From: Trichoplax sp. H2
Lineage: Eukaryota
NCBI GenBank assembly: GCA_003344405.1
Contig: NOWV01000017.1
Coordinates: 744,001-808,000 of the forward strand
Direction: 5' to 3'
DNA: 64,000 nucleotides
Part shown: positions 15,516-29,305 of the stretch, piece after piece
Layout of the letters: every line of letters starts with the position of its first letter
Numbering within the stretch: the stretch's first letter is position 1
The notes under the pieces: generated by a model
The model's input: only the letters and a program-made list of their open reading frames with translations
Database searches by the model: none
Told to the model about the DNA's origin: nothing
Made by a program: the position numbers and the translations under genes

Positions 15516-16179
15516 AGTCAAGTCCATTACCGGGGTTGGTTGAGTCTCACCGACTTGGATTAGTCTTGCTAACCCCGGGGTTGAGTGGCGTGGGTTAACC
15601 GGGCGGGTACTGTTTCCACACCCGCTAGTGGCCTGTGGCATATCAAACACGGTAACACATAACACATGGGACGATCGCCCATGGTAATGTGCGTTGGATA
15701 CGTTACCGTAGAAAACAACGCTTAAAGCATGGACGTCAGGACGTCAGGATGGTTTAAGTGTAAAGTGAGGAAATGCATCAGCGGTAATTCATATTTGGAG
15801 TGAAGTCGCTGTCAGACAACAGGGAAAAAGCTAAAAAGACTTTGCAAATTGTCAAGACCTAGGCTAGACCGGATCACCATTTCCGATCATGTAAGTAAAT
15901 GATAGTTATAATGACTTCATAATGTACCGTCATAGGGGTGGAGGATGGCTATGTTGTAATACTGCTTCATCATTCAGTACATTGGAAGTAATACTGATGT
16001 AGTACGGCCAAAACATAAACTGTAGTGTAGAAAGTAGTCCGCTAGTAATGGAAATGAATGCCAAAGTAGAGCCAAATGGCCTAGAGGTGGTACTGCAATA
16101 GCCGAGGCTTGTCAATATCTGCTTACAGGGCCAATCAATTATCTTATTTTCATATTCAACACTTAGAAAAACTTGAAAA

Positions 16180-18195
16180 ATGGAGAGTATCATCGCCAAT
16201 GTTGATAATATCAAATTTACTATCGAATTTGAGCTCGATGACCAAATCGGAACACAGCAATTACCCTTTCCAGGAATGGATAGTAAGTAAAAAATGTATC
16301 GCTAATTGTTCATTCCATTAAATACGATGTATAGCAGTTATAGTTTACAGTAGTACTTTTAAGTAAAGCCAGTTTGTCAAAATTCTTGATAGAAATATCT
16401 TTAACAAGATACATACATGAAATTATTAATTGTCCGCATCATACTGGATATAGATTATATTCAAATAAACCACTGTACCAGATGTATCGAGTGACACTTT
16501 TATTACCTAATCGATGCCAACTTTGTTAATTCATGGCTATATTTTGACTAGCATGATACGAGATTGTAACTACTACTGCAGATAAATATTCATTAGCATA
16601 GAAAGTTAACTATAGGAGAGCTTAATATTTCATCCATTCAAAATCTGAAACATCTTTGTCAATGTAACGTTTTAGAATCTGGGGCAGCTGTATGCACCTA
16701 TTTCGCAGAAAGTCAATGCGTAAAAGGGTCAATGTGCCCTTTCCGTCATACTAAAGGCGATAAAACTGTCGTATGCAAACATTGGCTGCGAGGGTTATGC
16801 AAGAAAGGTGATCAGTGCGAGTTCTTGCACGAGTACGATATGACCAAAATGCCTGAATGTTATTTTTATTCAAAATTTGGTAAGATCTGGCACATCCGAT
16901 AATGCTTAGCAACAATACTATTGTAAGCTGACCCACAACATTGATTTATTTAGGTGAATGTAGCAATAAAGAGTGTCAGTACTTACATATCAATCCAGAA
17001 AGTAAAATTAAAGATTGTCCGTGGTATGATAGGGGTTTCTGCAAACATGGTAAGGGAGCGTGTTAAGCATTTTCAATACACTTAAAGTTGTAGCAGTTAT
17101 CACACTTTTGTAATCTTGTACGTACACTACATTGTCAATACAATTCTTTACCAACTTTCTATGCACTTTCTATTATAAACTCATTATAGGCCCAGCATGT
17201 AGACATCGACACGTCAGAAGAGTTGCTTGCCTAAATTACCTTAATGGTTTCTGCCCTGAAGGATCAAACTGTAAACATGTACAGTAAGTAATGTAATACA
17301 TGTATACTCGCATATACGCGTAAATTAAGAGTTTTAATTACAAGATTTACGAGAGTATCTTATGAAAAGATAGTAAAATCCATGACAATAGTATGAGTTT
17401 TCTACTCTAGTACAAGGCCACTGGTTTAAATTTTGGAGTTCTTTCATGTTTTTTATTCTCCATTTAAAGTAGCAAATTGATTTTATTGTAAGCTGACGCA
17501 ATTGAATATAAGATACCTCAGCTGAATTGATATGCTTTGCAAATTGATCATCATCCTGACCTTTTATTGTTGTACAGCTTAAGGTTTGAACTACCGACGA
17601 GAGAAATCGATATTCATTCTGAATCTAAACGTAAACCTAGCGTAGTAGTTTGTCATAATTGTGGAGAGTATGGACATAAAGCCTCCGCTTGTCCTAATCA
17701 GCTTATCTCTATTCAAAAGGAAGTGAGTAAAATATCAATCAAATCTAAAATAATATCGTATGTTATTGGTATTGCTCTTCTAGTTCCTAAACTTTGGTTT
17801 ATTGTCACACAGAATAGCCTAACCAATGATAATGGTAACAGCATTGGCATATCTCACGACCAAAATCAACAACAACAAAAGCGCCCTATGGATCAAGTTA
17901 TCTGTTTCAAGGTATTGAAAACTGTAAATTTTCAACTTTGTCCATAGTGTGTAACGTATAGATCTGTATAAATGCATGAAATCTCACTTTAGATTAGGCT
18001 GTACTAATATTGCGATTTTGTATCTTTAGTGTGGAGATAGAGGTCATTTCGCAAATAGGGTAAATATCTTCTCGTGTAACGCGAACTACCTAATTTAACG
18101 TCTACTCATGATTTTTTCTTTCTCACATTATCATAAAATACTTTTATTATTTTTATTTATATTAACAGTGTCCCAAACAAGGAAAGCTGAGGTGA
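16180..18195 (+). CDS. CPSF4: Cleavage and polyadenylation specificity factor 30 kDa subunit (5 CCCH fingers, 2 CCHC knuckles)
   Basis: [121 protein letters not shown], stop at 18193-18195. Confidence 0.97.
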
Positions 18196-19750
18196 TAATT
18201 ACCTTAGGATCCAATTAATGAAGCTCTTTGGAGTCGTGTACCCTTCCTAACATTCTTACTTAAAATAGTCTTATTGTATATCTATGGTGCATTCATGAAT
18301 GCCCTAAAGTATTATGTCAATGATCTGTATACTCATTTGAAATTATCAAGTTTGAAGCTTGTAAAGGTGTCGGAGTGATTGAAACATGTTCTAAATCCTT
18401 TTTTTCAAAATAGGATAGTTCCTCATTGAGATTCATTTACCGATAGATAGTACAGAGATCAAAATTAGATTATTTCCGCTATTGTATCATTAACAGTAAT
18501 CATGTTACATGATTACAAAATCAAGTAATGCTAAGATTGTAGCTGAAATAACTGTAACTATTTCTTTATTAAAGTATTTGTAGTGTACAGACAGATATGA
18601 CTCGAACCTCTAATCACATTATTCTGTTGTAACTTATACTTTGTCCGGCATTCATCTCTACGAAAGTATACTGTAACTAAAACTACTACTTCTCTAAATT
18701 ATCTATTAAGGCTGCAATAATTCTTAAGCAATTATTACGAAATATTGCATTTGTCGTACAAATTCTTTTCAAAACTTCTATTCGGTGTCGTCTCATTTAC
18801 CCATACAGGATGATATTCTAGATCCAGAAAACTTCACAGGTATTAGCATCGTATGACATGTACCCATCATTTCATGCTTATGACATCACCAAAATAAATT
18901 CTTTTTCATTGATTTTATGATCTCCGTCCATAAATTACTTTTCTTTTTATGCAGGACTGCATAAAATATGCTTTCTGTCCTCTACGATCTCTTATCAATT
19001 TTGAAATTTTGTTTCATAACGGAGTCAGTTATTTTTTTAGCCATTACACTATTGTAGATTAGAACGAGTGGTGTGCAATTACGGTCTATATACTCGTATT
19101 GTACGAGTTTATACAAATGCCATTTATTTCTAAAGGTATTTACTCCAACAATCACTAGGCGCTATCATTATCCAATGCACGTATCCAACCTACCCAATAA
19201 AAAGAGGGTTAGGCGTTAACTTTTTAACACGAATAGGAGCCAACGTTTAGAAAATGTCATCAGGCTGAGCAGCTATCGATAGCCTCAATTCTAGCTTCTA
19301 ACTGATATCATGCAAGTAATTTTCAACCCCTTCCAATAATGATTACAATAGTAGCCAAATATAAATGATCTTTATCTCAATATGGGATTAACATTATTGC
19401 ATGCACCAATTTTACACATTAATCAACACGCTAATAGGTATATGATACGTAAAATTACAAGAAAAGATTTATTTCACATTTTCCTTAAATTGCTACAGCA
19501 ATTCAATAGATCTACAAAGCACCATTGGCCGACGGGAGTCATATAAATATGAAAAACAAAGCAATCACAAAATTAGTACAACCGTGGTATAGAGTCGGTA
19601 GATTAGCGTACTGCTGTACTTTCACTTGTACGTATGGTAAGCTAAATACAAAAAAAGATATAATACTAGCTTCTATAAGTACAGATATTAAACCATCAAT
19701 AATAGCCTTTAGTCTTAAATATCGACAACTACACACTATTTTAGTCTCAC

Positions 19751-21233
<1,483 letters not shown>

Positions 21234-21293
21234 CTACACGTGGAAGCAATTGCTCTGACCCCCCTCTACCACACAATGGATAATCGCGTTTTT

Positions 21294-21945
21294 GCAGTAC
21301 TGTACACTGTACGGTACACTCATACTGTACACTGCAGTACAGTACTGTACAGTATGTACTTACAATGTACAGTACGCTGTGCACAGCACACTCCATACTG
21401 TACACTGTAGGGGCATGGGCTTGATGGACTAGTTGTCCATAACTGACTAACAATGAGACTGTTTAGTACTGATACTGGTACGAACCATTTTTACCTATGA
21501 AAGCATAGAGTACAGTATGCGGTACCATACTGCAACTTAGCAGGCTAATACCAGCTAATTTGGATGTCAATCGCAGACAGTATACAGTATAGTACCATAC
21601 GCATTATCCGCATTAGGGCTGTTGAAAACTGATGTCATGGACTCATAGTTTCCGGCTTTGGATGTATCACTCATACTCAATCCGTTGAATCACTCACTCA
21701 TTACGCAATACGCAGTGGTACAAAGTATAAACTACCAATAAAAGTCCGGATTCCTTGCTGAAACGTCTCCAACTGAAATAGTCCAACTGTCCAACTGTCC
21801 ATTCTTGAGTACGGTACACTGTACTGTAAATGAAATTGATTGTACAGTACTGTACAGTACTGTACTGTACTGTACAACCGTTGCAGTCAATTCTAAGTTT
21901 TGTACAGTATAATATTGTACTGTACTGTACTGTAGGTACTGTACA
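21294..21945. repeat. Two CAGTA/TACTG tracts (21294-21412 and 21806-21945) between divergent RPS9 and BUD31
   Basis: cagtactgtacactgtacggtacac..; tgtacagtactgtacagtactgtactgtactgtac. Confidence 0.85.
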
Positions 21946-22586
21946 AGCAAGGCCTTCTAGACCTGAGAACGGTACGGTTCGGTTCGGTTCGGTTCAATGC
22001 CTTTATGATCTATACAGGCCTACTCAAAATGACCAGTAGTCCATAAAAACAAGAAACAGTCATGCGTGATGCGTTGTATTTTGAGATGTCTCGCCTCTTT
22101 TTGCAGTATTTTATTAGTACTGTACTGTANNNNNNNNNNNNNNNNNNNNTACAAAACCTTCATTTTTACTTTGTACTGTAGCGTCTCGCGTACTTTAATT
22201 AATAATTACGATGAAAGTAAACGTCGTACGTAAATTTTGATGACAGATTCGTGTAAATTAACTCTTTTTCTATAGACTGATATAAAATTTGTCAAAAAAA
22301 AAAAAAAAATTTAATCCATCTGTTTGCACCAAAATCATAGAAATTAGCCCGTCCACACTGTACTGTACAGTACTGTAGGTACTGTACATTGTACAGTGTA
22401 CAAGCAAGGCCTTCTAGACCTGAGAAAGGTACGGTACGGTTCGGTTCGGTTCAATACCTTTATGATCTATACAGGCCTACTCAAAATGACCAGTAGTCCA
22501 TAAAAACAAGAAACAGTCATGCGTGATGCGTTGTATTTTGAGATGTCTCGCCTCTTTTTGCAGTATTTTATTAGTACTGTACTGTA
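21941..22586 (+). repeat. ~190-bp direct duplication (21941-22129 and 22398-22586) flanking a 20-N gap
   Basis: Near-identical copies starting gtacaagcaaggccttctagacctgaga, with about 3 substitutions; N run at 22130-22149. Confidence 0.9.
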
Positions 22587-22728
22587 CTGGTAGCAAAGTA
22601 CTGCATGATACCGTTGATACCCATACTAACTGACGCATAGCCACATTACTAACTGAAAATCGCTTGCGGTAAAAGATCACTTCGTCATCATTGAAGTTCA
22701 ACTTCTTCTTACAAACTTTATTGCCGAC

Positions 22729-24316
22729 ATGGGGAAGATAAAACGTAGCAAAAAGCCTCCTCCAGAAGGTTACGAATTGATCGAACCAACACTAGAGGAA
22801 TTAGATGCTAAAATGCGCGAAGGTAACGAGATTGATGAAGCCTTTTATATGTATTGACAGTATTATGAATTGACTTTAACCGTGGTATAAAATGACGGTT
22901 ACAAAATACAGTCATGTCCTGTCTTGTACAACATGAACAACCTTGATACCTGTAAATTAGTTTGCCACGCAATAGCAAGCTCTTAACAGATTCAACATCC
23001 AAATACAGTATTTTACTCAAATCTAGTAACAAGATATTATCAGTTTGTAATGTAGCTGATACAATTGGAATAATGATGATAATAGCAACAAAACTTAGCT
23101 GAAAGCAATATTATTTGCCATAGCATTGTGGAAACCTTCATACAACGTCTAATTATGCCATCTGCGTAAAGCAGTGCGAAAACAGATCAATAAGTGTTCA
23201 TGAACGTTATTAATCTCGCTATGGACTTTGAACAGTATTAATTAATTAATGAGCTGCAATACGTGTAATATCTTAAATAACCTACTATTATACGAGTTTG
23301 TGTATCATCATCAATATACTCAAAGGAATAATGTAATTCATGTCTAATCCTGTTATTAATGACGATTAAAAATTCTTACAGCTGAAGTTGACCCTCACGA
23401 AGGAAAGAGAAAGGTAGAATGCCTTTGGCCCATCTTTAGGTACTGAGAACAACATTGAAACAAATATTTAGCATTTACTATCTATGAAAACTCCAACTGT
23501 ACCATAATTGTTGCCTTATAACATCTAACTCTCCCACTTAGTATTACTGATCATAATGAAACTAATGCTATATACCCCTTCATGTCATGCAATAGGGTCC
23601 ATCATCAACGATCTAGGTATATTTACGATCTGTACTACAAGAGAAAGGCTATCAGTAAAGGTATGGTCATGATTTTACTCGAAGACAGTGTGTAATAGAC
23701 GTAACTGTAGCGATAGTAGTGTACGGCTACTATAGGATTGAAAAAATTTCCCTATTGTAGCTTCTAATTATAGTAATAATCATAATCGGGCTTATGATTT
23801 ACTAATGCTTCAAGCGTAATCTTGAAAATATCTTCCTTTCTATTTTACTCAATTTGTTCTGGTCTCGATAATTGATACTGCAGTAATCGTAGCTGAGTTT
23901 ATAATTCCATTTCCTTCAATACGCACTTTTATTGGTCCTTATGATATATATTCGAGGACATTCAACAACTGCCGCATTACAACTTGATTAATACCTGTAA
24001 TTCTTGCATTCCTTACAGAACTATATGAATATTGTTTAAAAGAAAGTATCGCAGATAAAAACCTCATTGCAAAGTGGAAAAAGAACGGTTACGAGAATTT
24101 ATGTTGCTTAAGATGCATTCAAACCAGGGATACAAATTTTGGAACTTCATGTATCTGTCGTGTGCCCAAATCTAAATTAGAGGAGGTTAGTTCTTAGATG
24201 CAGTTATATAACAATCAATAAAGGATTTGAAATCCCTTTTAATCATTCACTTATCCTTGCTTTAGGATCGTGTTATCGAATGTGTGCATTGTGGATGCCG
24301 TGGTTGTTCTGGATAA
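22729..24316 (+). CDS. BUD31: Spliceosomal protein BUD31 (G10), 5 exons
   Basis: [22 protein letters not shown]..[49 protein letters not shown]..[26 protein letters not shown]..[14 protein letters not shown]. Confidence 0.98.
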
Positions 24317-25222
24317 AATGCTTGTCCAAGATTGAGTATACTATAGGCTACAGTTTAGCGTATGGTAATGTGTTATACTAAAAGCTAGTTCCTGCTAGTT
24401 TTTGACTTAAAACTACTGATAGTATTTTATGCTTTATGTAGCGGGCATGCTATCAATAACGTTATATCGACTAGTAAGTTGTGTTTATTTACAGTACTGT
24501 CTCACTGACAATTAGAATCGGCTTAGGGTGGCAGTGGTATCGTTTTCGTAGTAATTTTGAAACTTCATAATACGATATAAATGTGTTCAAACATCAACTG
24601 TTATATTATTGAAAACAATAAGTTACAATACGTAGCGTCTGATCAGTTGAAACCGCAGTACGGAAGTACGTCAAAGACTTAATTACCAAGCTAACGAATT
24701 TGAATTAAAAAAATTTTAATATTTGTGTATCTCGAAATATTTATCGAAACCGATCCAGACTACCGGTACAACTTCCGCTATTCACCCTATGATAAACTGT
24801 TAAGAACTGATCGGTGTAATACCGTCAATCCAAATTAAATATAATCTACAAAACGAATTTATTACCCTATTGCAAATAAAATTTCGATTTAAAATCTCTT
24901 TTCAGTTATTTTATACTTTCGGCAAAGCATCATACCTAAAATTACTCTTTTTCAATCTAATTAGTAATACACTTATATTTGAAACTATAATGCCCCTTCA
25001 GTAGACTACTGCAGTATTAATCGCCTACCTCATCAATTAATAATATTGTACTATGAATCAATTTTATTTGTTCCTGCTATTTGTCAATCGTTAAAAAGTA
25101 AAGTAAAATATTTTATAAAATATCTATGACCTTTTAGTAAATGCTGTAGATTAATTTACGCCGTGCATATAATAAAACTTTAATTTCCATTGAATAGCAA
25201 TTATTAATTACAAGATTTCATC

Positions 25223-28200
25223 TTAATCAACAGTTACAGACCAACCAATATGACGAAAACAAATAGCAAAGTACAATTTTATTTCAGGCTCAGGCAAGTA
25301 CCACTCGATTGTAATCTGTCTCTCGCCGATTGTAAACGAAACTCTTAGTCTCTTTGGCATAATTTCTTGTGCACATATGCTAATAACATTGCCACGTCGT
25401 AAAGGTGGCAATTTATTCTTTAACGCGTTCCCATCTTTGTAAATTAAGCCAGAGCTGCTGATGTAGATAGCACCTGGCTGTCTAAGGTTCCGTTGCACGA
25501 AGTCCACTCGATTATTAGCAAGTCCAATAGCATCACTTGATTCTGACTTACCGGTCCCACTAACAATTAGCGTGATTGTTTCACCTAAAATATAACAAGT
25601 GCCACTAGAGCGTAAAATTGTGGCAACTTCGCTAGAAATTCGCGTTGCTGTTCGGCCGTCACTGCTAATTTCATATTCCATCTTTGCATCGGGATCGCTA
25701 CGAAAATTTTCCAACGCCCATTCTTTCACAAATTGTATCAGAAAAACGATGCTCAAAAGTTAATAATTCTTGCAGAATAAACCAGCTGTATACTCTACTA
25801 TTTAAGATTTAATACACTATTGTAAACAGATAATTTAACCCTTAAAAAGCGTCAAGTCTAGCGTCAACAGATCATGCACATAGAAGGATATCATATCCAA
25901 CCAGGAACTAAACTGAACTAAACTACGTATTATAAGTTCTTAATCATCTCTTATAAAAATAGTGCCGTTCCTAAAACTAACAATACGTGTAAATATTTTT
26001 ACAGTAATAAAATAACTGATATAGAATATCGAATATTTAGACCAAACTTACTGTGTGACGGAATGGCTGTACGACCTGTTTTAGGCTCGCTCCACATTCC
26101 CCAATCAGAAAAAGGGGAAGGTCGTGAACGCACGCGAAAACTGTACGTCGTTGTCGAAAGTAAATCTCTAACGACGAAATAGTTCGGCCTTCCCGAATAT
26201 ACTGTTTCGTATTTAACTTTACCCGGTGTTTCTTCATAGATATCACCTTCATAGATTTGTAACTGATATTCTTTGTCAGATTGCGAATTGGTATCTATGG
26301 TATCATCGTTGTGCTATATTAAGTATAGAAGCATAAAAATATATAAAACTGCCATAAAATTGTTTAGATTAGCCAATTGAAAAAGTTTAAAAGGCATACT
26401 ATATCTTATCTAAAATATCATATAGCAATCTACTAAAAATTCATCTAGTTATTAAAGCCTTAGTTCTATAGAAAATACTCTCACCTCAGACCATTCAATA
26501 TAAAAAGCTCCAGGCCTTTCTACCATTTTAACAATGACTGGAATTTCTGATACAAAACAGTGGGACTGAATTGCATCTAAAATTGAATTTAGATATCTAT
26601 CATTCAAATTGACCAATATTGAACGCAGTTGACCACTTTGCTCATTCAAGCTATTACCACTAAGAGCAAAGAGTAAGACCCAGTTAATTTGGTTAAATCT
26701 CGCAAGATTTCACACTGCATTTACGTAATAATAGTAACTGATAACGCAGGATTTAATTTTAAAGATTCAAGTCTACATATTATATTACGGTTGCAAACCT
26801 CTGTTCTAAAAATTTTAAATTTTTTTGTTTGAGGGTGGCTTTATTGTTAAGAACTTCAGCATCTTTACTTTTAAGTAATAGCTTACCTAGAAGTTTGTTA
26901 ATAGTATATCCATGTTACTATAACAAGCAACGGTCTCAACCTATTTTCTAAAATTATTTTCTGTTAAGTAGTGATACACAAACTGTACATATGCATACAG
27001 CAACAAAGCATAAATAATATTTAAAGAATTTATCATGTATCTCGCTAAAGCTTCGACGTAATATATTCTTACATCATATATCTATTATTTTTTATTAACT
27101 ATTAGACTAGTTACATTATTAATGTACTTATTTGAGAATAAGACAAATTTTTCGTGCAATCGAAATGCCAAGATTACGATCAACTATCCTATAGATGCAC
27201 CAGCCAATATGTATATATATATATACGCATGGTAGCGGTATAAGCTTAATGCTGTAATTAAACATATCATATATTTCACGTACCTTCTTCCATAAGTACG
27301 ATTCCAGAAGCTAATTGTGTTGCTAAGTTCTCCTGTTGATTTAAGAATGGTTTGATATGTCGATGTTCCTGGGCTTCAACTTGAGCTAAAAGTGCATCTA
27401 AACGTTTTTCTAAGGCATCAACGATTGCTTTGCGCGCTGCGAATAAAAAAGGTTACAGTTGAAACCTCTTGTATACTTTAGGCATACTCTATTAATCATC
27501 CAGCAATTAAAATTAAAATCAAACGTGTTACAGTAGATACACTTGCGTAACCTTTCGTGAAATGGGCTGTTAATTGTCGTCGCGTGTCTGAAGCATTAGC
27601 AGTCATTTTAGCCACATAGTAAGCGTGTTTCCCCATTTTATCATCTATTTGATTACATACTCTCTTTACTTTGGCTAACGTATCAAATAGCTCCACTTTA
27701 CATTGCTTGACTGCCGTATTCATACCTTTATCTGCAACACCAGTCTGCCATATTTTAATAGTAACAATAATTATGTTACTAAAATATCAAATAGGCAAGG
27801 AAAACACAATAGTATTCACATCACAGAACATATTCCTTAATGCGCATAATTGGCTCACCTAAATTTTTAAATAACCTAAGAGCGTAAGATATGATATTTA
27901 TCTATATAGAAACTGTTATTTATGAGTAGAAACAACTGTATAAAGATATATCTAACCTTTCTGAACTTGCTGTGGAAATGATCATTTTTTATTAATTCTA
28001 AAAGAGAATTATGAACTTTAACATCTTTAACATTCTGTATTGCCAGTATAGATGCTTTACACATTAGAGGACAAGTTATAACTGATGATTCTTTAATGCG
28101 GACATGTTTCTCAATGCACTCGTTGCAGAATACATGGCAACAAAGCATTAAGCGTGGCAATTTGTCATCGCTAGTTGTCAGTTTTTCCTTACATAGGGCG

Positions 28201-29305
28201 CATGTAGTTAGCTTAGCTTCTACAGGTGATAGCACAGACTTGGTTTACCATGGTTATTCGAAGCCCATAAGATTTTAAACATCGGAAAATATAAAAATTA
28301 GTAACTACCCTTGTCTACAAAAGTCCTATTGCGTCTGACAGCAAAAAGAAGATAGATTTAATTTTCCAAAATGTAATTGTCGATATCGCATATTGAATCG
28401 TAATGATTATTATTGATATTTTACGCTTGTTTTAGCAATAGATTTGGAGTACGGTAAATGTTATAGTCTCGATTGTGCTTTGAAAAGTTTTTCAACTCCT
28501 TACGACTTTTAATCTCTTATTGTAATTGATACTGTTCACTAGTCATGCTAATATAACGAGCTAGTGGGCGTAATTACATACCTACAGTAAAGTATATGAA
28601 AGTTTATGGAGGATCAAATAAACTGATAATCTTGGTTAATAAATGATCGCTTGCATTTGGAATCTTATTTCTATGCAGGTGAATAATAGATTAATAGGTG
28701 CAACATTTTTGATCAACAGAAAGAAGTATCTTGATCTCCCTTACTAATTATTGTTAGCAAGGGTAAAAATATCGATACGATATTGTATAATTAGTCTATC
28801 CAATGAATATCTACAATCGATTACGCGTGCAAGTTCGAATTATTAATAACTTTATGGTAACTCACTATTAAATAGAAATGGACACTACTGTACGATACAA
28901 CACTAAGTTGCATTAAAAATTTGATCGAACGATCTAATTAAATTAACTATCTGCATCAATCGCAGGTTACAATTAGTTATTAACTACTAGCATTCCAATT
29001 ATAACAAAGTTTTTCATTTAACGCAATTATTTTGCTCTCTTCACTTTACATTGAACATGCTGTTTTAACATAAAAATAACAGATAGCATATGCAAGACGA
29101 ACGCAATTAGCTGCAACGATATTATACGAATGCGAAATGTAAATTGAAGATTTAGCAAGAATAAGTATCTGTTTATGATAGTTTGGCCACGGATCTTAAG
29201 CCACTATACAGTATACAGTAAAATTGGAAAGCAAAATAGATACATTAAAAGACGAAAATCAATGCTAACCAATCTCTTATACCTTACCTCATCGATAGGA
29301 TCCAT
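25223..29305 (-). CDS. CRLF3: CRLF3 homolog (coiled coil-FN3-SPRY-like) with an N-terminal C3HC4 RING finger
   Basis: RING exon ~27957-28238; coiled coil ~27553-27744 and ~27283-27437 (ASDTRRQLTAHF..LEKRLDALLAQV); ~26484-26650 (IPVIVKMVERPGAFYIEW); FN3 ~26054-26313 (YSFRVR..WGMWSEP); terminal exon 25223-~25722 (LYFAICFRHIGWSVTV). These match recalled CRLF3 motifs. The first exon MDPIDE (29288-29305) is tentative. Confidence 0.85.

Noticed and set aside
15577-15590. CTAACCC as a telomerase RNA template
   Set aside because: It reads CTAACCCC, lacks the 1.5-repeat CTAACCCTAA template, and is part of a stem.
15267-15665. ORFs rich in YCTVQ/STVLY (also 8683-8965, 21208-22039 and 49414-49784)
   Set aside because: These are translation artefacts of the CAGTA/TACTG tracts, not proteins.
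21941-22586. Duplication of the BUD31 upstream region as a definite biological event
   Set aside because: The copies flank a 20-N scaffold gap and differ by only a few bases, so unmerged allelic contig ends are the simpler explanation.
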